Source: Nitrosopumilus sp. (lineage in GTDB: Archaea; Thermoproteota; Nitrososphaeria; Nitrososphaerales; Nitrosopumilaceae). From it: a stretch of DNA of 64,000 nucleotides. The DNA is taken from positions 1-64,000 of the forward strand of contig OZ250186.1 in the NCBI GenBank assembly GCA_965238275.1, read 5' to 3'. Below the pieces are notes generated by a model, which was not told where the DNA came from, did no database searches, and saw only the letters and a list, made by a program, of their open reading frames with translations. Of the stretch, positions 51,321 through 62,193 are shown piece after piece (the stretch's first letter is position 1; every line of letters starts with the position of its first letter). The translations under genes and the position numbers were made by a program.

Positions 51321-51586
51321 GGTCGGTTCACGCCCGGATCCGTGCCTGAAAATTGACCAGAACACGTATCTGTTCATACCGTTACAAGCTGAATCGTAGT
51401 GCTCTAAAACCACCCCATTGAAGAATCCTAGCACGTGCGAGAAGACCAGAAAGACATGGGTTGGGCGTGTTCAAATTGGGACGAGCCCACATTGGCCGTA
51501 GTCATGTGGGATTACCGGTTTTGAAGGATGCGGGCCGGTCCTGCCGGCTGCATCAGGCAGGAGATGCCGGCTGCATGAGGGACAGA

Positions 51587-54500
51587 TCATATCCGGATTA
51601 TGCCGTTTCTAATCATATACTGGACTGACTGCACAAACTCCTCGTCAGATATCTGGCCGCCTGCCCACAGCCCGGCAGTGTGTCTGACCCAGTCAGGAAC
51701 AACAGTCTCTGATGCTCCGGTGCCAGGTTCGTCAATAATTCCCATGGCAATCATGTGTCGTACCCCGTCAACAAACCCGTCGTGGGATGAGGCCCCCGAT
51801 GACCAGCCTAAGACGCCGTCTCGTACCCAGTCCGGAATCACGTCAGATATTACGGAAAGCAGCAGGGTTCCAACATCATCGCCCCCATACGAGAGGCTGA
51901 TGGTGTACTGTCCTGACAGTGAATTTGTAGTCACGGTGATGACTGAGCGGTAGTTTCCGTTCTCGGTCGTGGGTATTCTAAAGGTATCAACTGTCTTGTC
52001 AGGATTTGTGACCGTTATGGACAGGGGTGCGCCGCCATTGCTGCCTCCGACGCTTCCGGACATGACCACCTTGTAGACTGAATTTCCATCCTGCAGCGAT
52101 ACGCGGTCATGGCTCAGCATCGGAGGAACCGGAATAGAGTCCGGACGTGCGGCGGCGGGAGGAACCGGAGTGGCGGATGCCGGCGGCCGATCCAGACTAA
52201 AGATGTTTTGGTTTCCAGAGGCGTCCTGTGAGTCGTGGTATATGAGGTCAATGCTGCCTCCGCCAGGAGATATCAGTTTTGAACCGGTCTTGTCGCATAT
52301 CCAAGAGGGCATCGCAAAGGAGCCCTCAAAGACTCCCGTGCTGGGGCCTGTCTCGGACAGGACAAATCCGGTGGATGCCAGTCCTCCATGCTCCACACCA
52401 TCCACCATGCAACGCTGGTAGCGGACGTTCTTGATCTTGACTTCCAACAGGGTGTGACCGTTTAGCCCGACCGTATCCACGCCGGGCGAGGCAGGATCAT
52501 CAATGACACGGTATGCATCCCTTCGGTCACTGGATGTGTTCAGATCAGGATCCACCAGCCTGACTGTAACAGGGTGGCCAAACCTCAAGGATTGTGGCGA
52601 ATAGGAGACTTCTCCGTTGTGCGTCTGTATGCCAACCTCCGAGGACAGTATCGTTATCTCCACCAGGGCCAGATCAGAGTAGTTGATGACAATCCTGTCA
52701 TTTCCGGATACGGCAAGCACCACGTCGCTGCCGGTCGGAACTATCCTGTCTGCGATTTTGGCACCCAGTCCGGCAGGATCTGCAATCACGTATTCAAGGG
52801 AACCGCCAAAGCTGCCGGGATTATTCCGGTCCTCTTCCAGCTCCATCCTATACACGGCATTGCCGATTACATCGTTCCTGACAACTCCAAATGAAAAAAA
52901 GTCCAGAACTATAGGTTGGCTGGAGGACGCAGGGGTAATCCTGCCGCCGGCAGACGGACCAAGATCAATTACGGCAAAGACGGCATCACCACCACCACTC
53001 CTTGAGGAGATCTGCTGTATCACAGAAGGGTCGATCAGGAGAAGCTGCTGCGGTGATGACATGTCCCCCGGACTTACCACGGGTATGGGGCTTGTATCCG
53101 AAAGGCTTCCGAAGGACAGACTGATGCCGGTGTTTGAAAAGTCACCAACGCCCAGTTCTTCAAGCGATCTCAGGTCAAGGTTTATCCAGCTGGAGCCGTC
53201 CTCGGATACGGCCAGCAGGCTGTTTAGCGAATCAGCAGAGAATCCAAGATTTACAGATATCTTTTCAAACTCACGTATTGCATTTGGGGCATCCAGGTAA
53301 AGCCGGGCAGAGAACGGATCAGGGACAGATGATGGAACCGCGTCTCCCCCGACAACGGGGGCGCTGCTGGATTCATACAGTCTGAGATTGCCGGCATTCT
53401 CAAGGGTCAGCGGCGAGCCAGTCTTTATGGTGGGAATGGCGGCAGATGCCCGGGATACCAGAAGATCGTCGCTGGCAGCGGTACTGAGATTCTGGTCAGA
53501 GTCGATCAAAAGTACTGGTATCTTGGTTCCAGGCCTTGACTCCCCGACCTCTATGGTAATAGGAGGCTTGGTGGAAAGCAAGGCAGTGGATGAGCCGGTC
53601 AGCACAGAGATGGTATCGTCATTGTATTGGATGTATCCTGGATGGCCTCTGGGCGCAGTATCGGACACGCCCAGGTTTGAGATCTTGTCCCGGTCATAGT
53701 TGACAAACATGCCGGAGTTGGGCTTGTCTTCTACAAGCGTAATGATATCAGGGGATGCAAAGACTGATGGCTGAATCCCATTGGGTTTGAACTCCAGTAT
53801 CCTTCCGGGATCAATCTCCATGAATCCATTGTCCTCAAATCCCAGCCTTTTCAGGGAAGGATAGAGATCTTTCGGGTCGTCGGCAGCGCTGCCGCCCCTC
53901 CGGTCAAAGGCATGATAGAATACCATTGGGGACGAGTCGACCTGGAAGGTCCACGAGTCCCAGTCGGTAGGATCCTGGTTCAGCTGGATGTCAGAGACGA
54001 ATACAAACACCTCGGAGCCTGCCGGATGCAGCTCCCTGTCAACCTCAGCTGTGATGCCGGGAATCTCGTCGTACCGCAGGGTCACCTGCTGCTGGCTGCC
54101 TGCCGGCTCGTACCGTATGGTTACATCTTTTGAAAATGAGAACAGCTGTATGACCGGCCATGCATCAGGGTCTAGGCCGGTCTGGCCGGTAGGAACATTA
54201 TCATTCTGGTTTATTGCAGGAGGCCTGCGCACCACGTTAATATCGTTTGAGCCGGTAGGAGGCCCGGTGCACTTGGAGGTAATGGAGCCGGTTGTAGAGC
54301 CAAGCCCGCCTGAACTGGGCACAAAGAATCCTTCAGAGTCAGAAAAGGATACCCCAAACACGTCACTGTCAGTGGAACTGCTACAGAGCACCCCGAAATC
54401 CAGGCCTGTCCCTGCACTCTCAATAGGCACAGTCCGGTCTGCTGCCATCGCGCCTTGTGTGTTTGCAAAATACGCATGCCAGGCCCCGTTGGATGCCTGC

Positions 54501-54724
54501 GTCATCTGCAGCCTGTCGCCGTTGACAGTCACGTTGGGCACCACTTCAGGCTCACTGGTCCCATGCAGGTTTGGGTCAGACACAACCACCTCGACTACCA
54601 TGGATCCGGCAAAATGATTATCAAATGCAGGATTCTCAGCAGAGACTGACAGGTATGGATTCGAGTCCGCATACGCGTCTGCAACAAACGGCACAAGCAA
54701 CAGAACCGCAAGGTACGCCCACAT
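51587..54724 (-). CDS. Large secreted S-layer-protein-like paralog with C-terminal (I/V)PDWVR repeats
   Basis: Signal peptide. LSVSAEN..F.N...G..VVEVVV.D and ETGPSTGVFEG motifs resemble thaumarchaeal S-layer proteins. Two PDWVR repeats. Confidence 0.8.
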   Translation of the reverse strand: MWAYLAVLLLVPFVADAYADSNPYLSVSAENPAFDNHFAGSMVVEVVVSDPNLHGTSEPEVVPNVTVNGDRLQMTQASNGAWHAYFANTQGAMAADRTVPIESAGTGLDFGVLCSSSTDSDVFGVSFSDSEGFFVPSSGGLGSTTGSITSKCTGPPTGSNDINVVRRPPAINQNDNVPTGQTGLDPDAWPVIQLFSFSKDVTIRYEPAGSQQQVTLRYDEIPGITAEVDRELHPAGSEVFVFVSDIQLNQDPTDWDSWTFQVDSSPMVFYHAFDRRGGSAADDPKDLYPSLKRLGFEDNGFMEIDPGRILEFKPNGIQPSVFASPDIITLVEDKPNSGMFVNYDRDKISNLGVSDTAPRGHPGYIQYNDDTISVLTGSSTALLSTKPPITIEVGESRPGTKIPVLLIDSDQNLSTAASDDLLVSRASAAIPTIKTGSPLTLENAGNLRLYESSSAPVVGGDAVPSSVPDPFSARLYLDAPNAIREFEKISVNLGFSADSLNSLLAVSEDGSSWINLDLRSLEELGVGDFSNTGISLSFGSLSDTSPIPVVSPGDMSSPQQLLLIDPSVIQQISSRSGGGDAVFAVIDLGPSAGGRITPASSSQPIVLDFFSFGVVRNDVIGNAVYRMELEEDRNNPGSFGGSLEYVIADPAGLGAKIADRIVPTGSDVVLAVSGNDRIVINYSDLALVEITILSSEVGIQTHNGEVSYSPQSLRFGHPVTVRLVDPDLNTSSDRRDAYRVIDDPASPGVDTVGLNGHTLLEVKIKNVRYQRCMVDGVEHGGLASTGFVLSETGPSTGVFEGSFAMPSWICDKTGSKLISPGGGSIDLIYHDSQDASGNQNIFSLDRPPASATPVPPAAARPDSIPVPPMLSHDRVSLQDGNSVYKVVMSGSVGGSNGGAPLSITVTNPDKTVDTFRIPTTENGNYRSVITVTTNSLSGQYTISLSYGGDDVGTLLLSVISDVIPDWVRDGVLGWSSGASSHDGFVDGVRHMIAMGIIDEPGTGASETVVPDWVRHTAGLWAGGQISDEEFVQSVQYMIRNGIIRI

Positions 54725-54878
54725 GGGTGCAATTTACATCACGCCACAAATAACGGTATCGTGAATTCAGGGCACGCGGATATGGCCCGCACGTGAGACA
54801 GTAACCATACATGTGCAGGGCGTATGTCAGGGCCTCAAAAATCAGAGTCAGGCAGCACGAATCTTGGAATTCTCAAAT

Positions 54879-56255
54879 ATGTCTTATGACCTTGAAACAC
54901 AGATGTCTGTCAAAAGGATCAGGGTTCTGCAAATCTCGTTTCTGGCCATATTCTCGGCGTTCCTGGTGGAACTGGTCCTTGGCCTGATATCCAACAGCCT
55001 GGCATTCATAACAGACAGCATCCACGCGCTGCTTGACGCCGTGGTCACGGTAATACTGCTTCTTGCCGCAAGAATGGCGCTCAGGCCTCCTGATGCCGAA
55101 CACACCTACGGACACGGAAAGATAGAGTCTCTCGGGGGGCTGTTTGGCGGAATAGCCATACTCCTGATAGCCTGCTTCTTCATATACGAGTCACTCAACC
55201 GCCTGCAGCGTCCCCCTCCGGAGATCCTGCCGGGCATCCTTGCAATAGCTGCCGGGGTCTACACGGTTGGAATCGACCTGTTTCGAATATTCCTGCTCAG
55301 AAGATCCATCAGGGAGACTGGGGGCTCGACTGTCAAGGCAGACTACTACCACGCAGTCATGGATCTCGGCTCCACTACAGTCGCAATAATCGGAATAGTC
55401 CTGGTGTCATACGGACTGTACCAGGGAGACTTTGTGGCAGCACTCATCCTGGGCTGCCTGCTGGCAGCACTGAGCATAAAGCTGATCCACAAAACCGCAA
55501 TGGAGCTGACAGATGCAATCTCGCCTGAGATGGTAGGGGATGCCAGGAGAATCGCCTCAGGGACAGACGGGGTAGTCAGCGTGGGCCAGGTGCTCATGAG
55601 AAGATCCGGGGATGTGATATTTGCCGACATAACCGTATCGCTGAGGGGCGATACAAGCTTTGAGAAGGCCCACGAGATAAGCAGCAACGTGGAGAGAAAC
55701 GTAAAGGAGAGGATACCGACTGCCTCCACAACGGTCCACTTTGAGCCAAACTGGAGCGGGGTGCCCATGAACGCAAAAATTCTTGATGTTGCAGGCAACG
55801 CGAACGGGGTAATGGGGGTGCACAACATCAGCACATACAAGACAGGCCAGGGAATATTCTCCGACCTGCACGTAATGGTGGACAGCAAGATCAGCCTCTC
55901 AGAGGCGCACAGGATATCGGAGATTGTTGAGGAGGACATCTGCCGGGCCGTCCCGGGGATCAGGCACGCGACCATCCATCTTGAACCGTTTGTGAAGGTA
56001 CCCGAGGACTTCAACTTGGAGGACACAGGAACTGCAGAGCAGATCAGGGGCATTCTGGAAGGATACCCCCAGGTAACGGGAATAGGCAGGATTGTATCGC
56101 TCAAGTTCGGGGGAACCCTCAGGATAGACATAGACTGCTCCTTTGACGGGGGGCTGTCAATTGAGAGCGTGCACGACGTCACAACGGAGATTGAGCACAG
56201 GATAAGGACGGGGATCAAAAACTCCGTAATAACCATCCACCCGGAACCGGGTTAG
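54879..56255 (+). CDS. Cation diffusion facilitator transporter with three C-terminal dimerisation domains
   Basis: DSIHALLD, HTYGHGKIE and three (V/I)H.EP repeats. Confidence 0.92.
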   Translation: MSYDLETQMSVKRIRVLQISFLAIFSAFLVELVLGLISNSLAFITDSIHALLDAVVTVILLLAARMALRPPDAEHTYGHGKIESLGGLFGGIAILLIACFFIYESLNRLQRPPPEILPGILAIAAGVYTVGIDLFRIFLLRRSIRETGGSTVKADYYHAVMDLGSTTVAIIGIVLVSYGLYQGDFVAALILGCLLAALSIKLIHKTAMELTDAISPEMVGDARRIASGTDGVVSVGQVLMRRSGDVIFADITVSLRGDTSFEKAHEISSNVERNVKERIPTASTTVHFEPNWSGVPMNAKILDVAGNANGVMGVHNISTYKTGQGIFSDLHVMVDSKISLSEAHRISEIVEEDICRAVPGIRHATIHLEPFVKVPEDFNLEDTGTAEQIRGILEGYPQVTGIGRIVSLKFGGTLRIDIDCSFDGGLSIESVHDVTTEIEHRIRTGIKNSVITIHPEPG

Positions 56256-56325
56256 CAGATAACCCAACATCATCTCGTACCCTTGCCTGCCCAAACCCCG
56301 GATGACATCTGTCGGATTTGAATTC

Positions 56326-57378
56326 CTATGAATCGTTTGTCAGCAGGCGGACATTCTGCACCACTTGGGAGTATGTGGACCGAACATCCTCCTCGTCCTT
56401 TGCGCCCACAATTATTGCGGATCCTCCTTCCATGATCTGTATTGTGACTGAGTTTAACAGTATGGTGGCTCCCATCTCGCTTTGGGATTGTATCGTGGCA
56501 GGCTGCTCCAGGCCGGCAAGTACGTCACTCAGCTGGATGGCATGGGGCGGCGCCACTGCATACGTTCGCTTGCCCATATCACGGCCGCACAGCTCCTCGA
56601 CTGAGATCTCTTTGATGGCATCTGCTGCCCTGTGTCTCTTGTCCCCGCATACGCCGCATTCCTGCACACGCTCCACATTGGTGTGGGTAAATGCCATCGA
56701 TGACATATCCACATGCAGTATTCTGTTGCTCAACGCAGGGGAATTCCCAGTCATTACCGATATTGCCTCTGCCACCTCAATGCTGCTTATCATGCCCAGT
56801 ATCGCCGGATGCACCCCCTCAATACCACACGAGGGCACCATCTCGTCTGAGAGCCCTGGAAACACGCAGTTGTAGCACGCAGAGTCAGGCATCACGCTGA
56901 ATACCTGTCCGGAAACCCCGACGGCACCACCCGTGACAAACGGAATGGACTGATCCACACATGCCACGTTCAGTGCGTAACGTGCGGATACGGAATCAAG
57001 TGCGTCTATAACCACATCGGACCCCTTTACTATGCTAGGCGCCGAGGCATGGTTCACGGATGCCGGTATGGCCTGAACCTTGCAGGAGGCATTCATCTCG
57101 CGCAGCCGCTTGGCGGCCACTTCGACTTTTGGCTCCCCCACATCCTCATCCCGATACAATACCTGCCTGTGCAGGTTTGTCAGGTCTATCGTGTCCCTGT
57201 CCACCACACGGATATTCCCCACGCCCATGGAGACCAGTCTCTGCAGTATTGGGGTGCCAAGGCCGCCTGCGCCCACGACTGTCGCCGTGGAATGCTTTAG
57301 CTTGATCTGCCCCTCATATCCTATCTCGTCTAGCATGATCTGGCGGGAATACCTCTGGGTGTCGGTCTGGTTTAACAT
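56326..57378 (-). CDS. ThiF/MoeB family adenylyltransferase (E1-like)
   Basis: Motifs RYSRQ, GAGGLG, NLHRQ, CYNC and CGVC. Confidence 0.93.
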   Translation of the reverse strand: MLNQTDTQRYSRQIMLDEIGYEGQIKLKHSTATVVGAGGLGTPILQRLVSMGVGNIRVVDRDTIDLTNLHRQVLYRDEDVGEPKVEVAAKRLREMNASCKVQAIPASVNHASAPSIVKGSDVVIDALDSVSARYALNVACVDQSIPFVTGGAVGVSGQVFSVMPDSACYNCVFPGLSDEMVPSCGIEGVHPAILGMISSIEVAEAISVMTGNSPALSNRILHVDMSSMAFTHTNVERVQECGVCGDKRHRAADAIKEISVEELCGRDMGKRTYAVAPPHAIQLSDVLAGLEQPATIQSQSEMGATILLNSVTIQIMEGGSAIIVGAKDEEDVRSTYSQVVQNVRLLTNDS

Positions 57379-57551
57379 CAGTGATTCATGGCACGATAGT
57401 TATTATAAATATAATGCCCACGCCGAAAACAGACAATTCTGCAGAGGGTTCGGATGGCAGTAGGCCTCTTAGCCATGCGATGGCAAACCGTCCCGACTGC
57501 CAGCGCAATCCCGAACCAGAATATACGATGTTTGGCTTTTGGGTCAGATGA

Positions 57552-58761
<1,210 letters not shown>

Positions 58762-58772
<11 letters not shown>

Positions 58773-59829
58773 AGGTCTTCTCCTGGGAGTCGGGAGGAAC
58801 ATCTTCCTCCTCCTCTGGGACGTCCCTTACAAGAAAGAGCCCCACCCAGCCCTTCTCGGAGAACTCTACCTTGTGTGCGTGAAACAGGTACGGCCCCGGA
58901 TAGTCGTACTCGAACTCCATTATCCCCCGCTCAGTCTGCGACAGCGTTATCATGTCAGTGTAAAACGACGGGACGGTATCGGTTCCGGTGGGGTAGTAGT
59001 GGTACAGGTTTCCGTGCAGGTGGAAGTTGTTTATCGGATCAAACTCCACCATATTAACCACATACACCCGGATCAGCTGGCCTGCATCAATCTGGATTGG
59101 GTGGTGCTGGTAGTAGAACGGGATGGTGTTTGCAGCATAAAAGTTGTTCTCGCCGTCAAAGTCGGTGTCCATGCCGTTTAGCACCATCACCATCTCGTCT
59201 GCAGGCTCCCTTGCCTCCTTGGGATCCACTATGAACACGCCGTACAGGCCGTGTATGATGTGCTCCTCTAGCGGCATCACGTGACAGTGGTACGGATGGA
59301 CCCCGACTGGGCCTGCCTCAAACTCGTAGGTGAACTGTCCCCCGCCCCGTCCCACGATCTCAAAGACGCCGTCCATCACACTTGGATGGATTCCGTGGAA
59401 GTGTATGGTGTGCTCCCGGGAACCGTTGTTGATAAAGTGGATCCGCACCAGATCGCCCTCGGTGGCCCTTATCGTCGGGCCCGGCACGGTTCCGTTAAAC
59501 GTCCACACGTTATAGAATACGCCCGGCGAGATCTCCTGGATTTGATCGTCGCGGGCTACTATGGTGTACTCCCTGACTGTCTGCCCGTCTGCAGACACGG
59601 AGACATCCCCGTACTCAAAGTTGCGCAGGAACTCGTCCGGGTCAAACTCCACGGTGGAGACAGTGTAGACCGGATCCAGCACCTCCCCGGTAGTCTTGAT
59701 TACCGCGCCCTGGTGTGTCACAAACGTCTTTTGCGGCGTACTTGCCTCGCCGATCATCGGGAGCAGTGTCGCTGCGGCAACTCCTGCAATCACAACCAGT
59801 GACAGCATCATGGCAGTGGAGCGGCGCAT
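58762..59829 (-). CDS. Two-domain multicopper oxidase
   Basis: HTIHFHG and YHCH...H...L (type 1 site in domain 1). FHLHG and FHAH without Cys in domain 2. N-terminal signal or anchor. Confidence 0.93.
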
Positions 59830-59861
59830 CACGGTATGGAGGACAAATTCTTTATTTAAAT

Positions 59862-59894
59862 TTAACACAAGCTAATTTTTTTAGACTGGGCTAA
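59862..59894. promoter_or_regulatory. Tandem DtxR/MntR-like operator boxes next to the oxidase TATA box
   Basis: TTAA-N6-CTAA (59862-59875) and TTAG-N6-CTAA (59881-59894), upstream of a metal-uptake operon. Confidence 0.6.
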
Positions 59895-59963
59895 CTTTTT
59901 GCAAAACTACGTTTACCTCGGGATTTTCATGGGGGTTTTTAAGGAAAGTGTGCTTGCAGGACG

Positions 59964-61325
59964 ATGACCTCGCGCAAAAAACCCAAAAAAACGGACTACA
60001 TGCTCAAGTTTGCCACCGTGGTGTACTGGCTGGGGCAGCTCAACGAGAGCGGCTTCAGGAACCACGCCGACGCGCGCTCTAGTACCAAAAGCGTGTACCT
60101 GTCGTACCTGACGCAGTTCGACGGATGGGTGGCAGGACGCGTGTTCGACGTGCGCGCCCAGACCGTCGCGGGCGGCAGCATAATCCACGAGACCGTCCAA
60201 AAGTCATTCGCCGACGTGGAGAAACTGTTGCGCTTCGGGGAGGAAGGCAACGAGAAGGAGGTAAGGAAGATCATCAGCCAGTACCTGGCAGAATTGCGGC
60301 GCACGAACCTGGCACGTTCCACCATATCCGGCAAGTGCGCGGCGATAAAGTCGTACTTTGACGTGCACGACGTGATTACCAACGTCAGGCTCAACGGGCG
60401 CAAGAACAAGAAATACGAAGTCACGCGGGGGCCGGAGCTGGAGCTGGTCGAGTTCTACAAGATAATGACTGTCGCCAAGATGAATCCCATGATGCGCGCC
60501 ATGCTGCTGGTAAAGTTCCAGGCGGGGCTGGACTCGTCGACCCTTGCAGACAGGTTCAACTTTTACGCGTACAAGCAGATAGCCGGGTGGTGCGGAACCG
60601 CGGACCACAAAAAGTGGGATCTTGGCAAGTGCCCGATCCCGATAGAACTGGTGCGCGTGAAGACGGGCATCGAGTTCACCACATTCATAGACCGGGACGC
60701 GCTGGCGGCGCTCAAGTATTACCTGGCATGGAGGGAAGAGCGCCACGGTCCGCACGATCCCAAGGAACCGATATTCGTCACCACCAAAAACAGGCCGATA
60801 CACCCGGAAGGGGTTTCGGACGCGTTTGGGAGGATGGCCGCCTCTTCCGGAACGCAGAAGCGGCTGGCGCGCGGAATACTCAAGCTAAAGTCGCACGGGG
60901 TTCGCCGCCTGCTCAAGAGCCTGCTCATGGCATGCGGGTGCGCCGCGTGGGCGGCCGACCACGTCATTGGACACGCGCCCAAGGACGCGTATGAAGGTCC
61001 GGCGGACCTGTTCCCGAAGGACCTGAGGAGGGAATACGCCAAGGCGTCGCACAGGATCAACGTGCTCTCCAAGGCCGCCTCGAACATAGACGATCCCGAA
61101 CCGGCAGACGCCGCGGAGAAGGCGCTGAAGGCAAGCGAGGCCAGGGTGGAGGAATTGGAAAAGAGGGTCAACGAACTGACGGAGGCAAACGCCAAAAAGG
61201 ACGCCAGAAGCGCCGATGCCGAGTCCAAGCTCGACATGGTGGTAAGGGCGATAATCGACGCGTCAAGCGAGCACGACGGAGACTTCCGCCAGAACCTCAA
61301 GGACAGGCTCGGCGGGCTGCCTTAG
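59964..61325 (+). CDS. Tyrosine recombinase/integrase with atypical box I and a C-terminal coiled coil
   Basis: SAM-like region, RVKT, HGVRR, IGH and Y. Box I reads GLDSSTL. Confidence 0.88.
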   Translation: MTSRKKPKKTDYMLKFATVVYWLGQLNESGFRNHADARSSTKSVYLSYLTQFDGWVAGRVFDVRAQTVAGGSIIHETVQKSFADVEKLLRFGEEGNEKEVRKIISQYLAELRRTNLARSTISGKCAAIKSYFDVHDVITNVRLNGRKNKKYEVTRGPELELVEFYKIMTVAKMNPMMRAMLLVKFQAGLDSSTLADRFNFYAYKQIAGWCGTADHKKWDLGKCPIPIELVRVKTGIEFTTFIDRDALAALKYYLAWREERHGPHDPKEPIFVTTKNRPIHPEGVSDAFGRMAASSGTQKRLARGILKLKSHGVRRLLKSLLMACGCAAWAADHVIGHAPKDAYEGPADLFPKDLRREYAKASHRINVLSKAASNIDDPEPADAAEKALKASEARVEELEKRVNELTEANAKKDARSADAESKLDMVVRAIIDASSEHDGDFRQNLKDRLGGLP

Positions 61326-61761
61326 CGTGCCTCGACTCCAACGCGGCTCTCAATCTGCAAGAGACGTGATAATTGCGGGTTATTCTGCGCGAACGCGATG
61401 CTTGCCCGATGTCGCCGGACACGCGCAGGAAGTCCCGCATGGAATGCCGAAACAAATACCTGAAGATCTATTTCACGGATCTATATTTAGCCCACTCGTA
61501 TCATTCTGTCACAATTGTAACAACGATATCTTGGCGGTACGTTTGCAAACATCTGGTACGTGTCGCAATCACTACAGTATAGTCGAATCATGTAGTATTA
61601 TGCATGTATGGAGTTAATAATGATTTAGGGCATTTTAACAAAATTGATCCGGATGTATTTGTTCAACCAAAGCATCCCCTCAAAATTTGGCTACGTCCCC
61701 ACAAATCAACAGAACCCGCATCTTGGATCTAGAATATTACACAGGACCAAATTCCAGGTTC

Positions 61762-61899
61762 TGTTAACTTGTCGGCACTTGGGCAGCGGATGTTAACCGT
61801 TGGCACCTGAACGCAGACTGTTAACCGTTGGCACCTGCTCAGGCACGCCGTACGTTGGTTGGGTGATGCCAGAATATGGGTGTTAACCGTCGGTACCTG
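61762..61899 (+). repeat. Four iteron-like 19-bp direct repeats, consensus TGTTAACCGTTGGCACCTG
   Basis: Copies start at 61762 (degenerate), 61791, 61819 and 61881 (2 mismatches). Confidence 0.85.
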
Positions 61900-62193
61900 T
61901 CGGCATGATGGCGGCGCAGGCGCGGAGCATGGCCGGAAAGTGGCACTCTTGTGAGGTCTTGATCTGCAAGCCTGTCCAGACTTGGCATGACAGCAGAGCA
62001 TACCTGGAAAATGGCAATCCGCTAGCAAACAGATGCTGGGCGTGCATGGGGTACTCAAAGCGCGATGTCAGGCCATGTGTCGCACGCAGACATGCGTGGA
62101 CATCACCAGAATGATTCCGTCCCCTGTCTGGATGCACTTGTCTTACCGGTGTCGATTCAGAGACGCTGCATCTGGATCAGATTCAACACGCTG

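Larger units (their letters stand above)
49159..51335 (+). repeat. Three copies of the target core GGTCGGTTCACGC (overlapping 15-bp target duplications)
   Basis: Copies at 49159-49173, 50230-50246 and 51321-51335 flank the two IS481 elements. Confidence 0.95.

Noticed and set aside
61327-61617. Small CxxC ORF after the integrase
   Set aside because: No convincing homology or coding signal.
61762-61899. Possible mini-CRISPR array
   Set aside because: Repeats of 19 bp with 9-bp spacers are too short, and there are no cas genes in the window.
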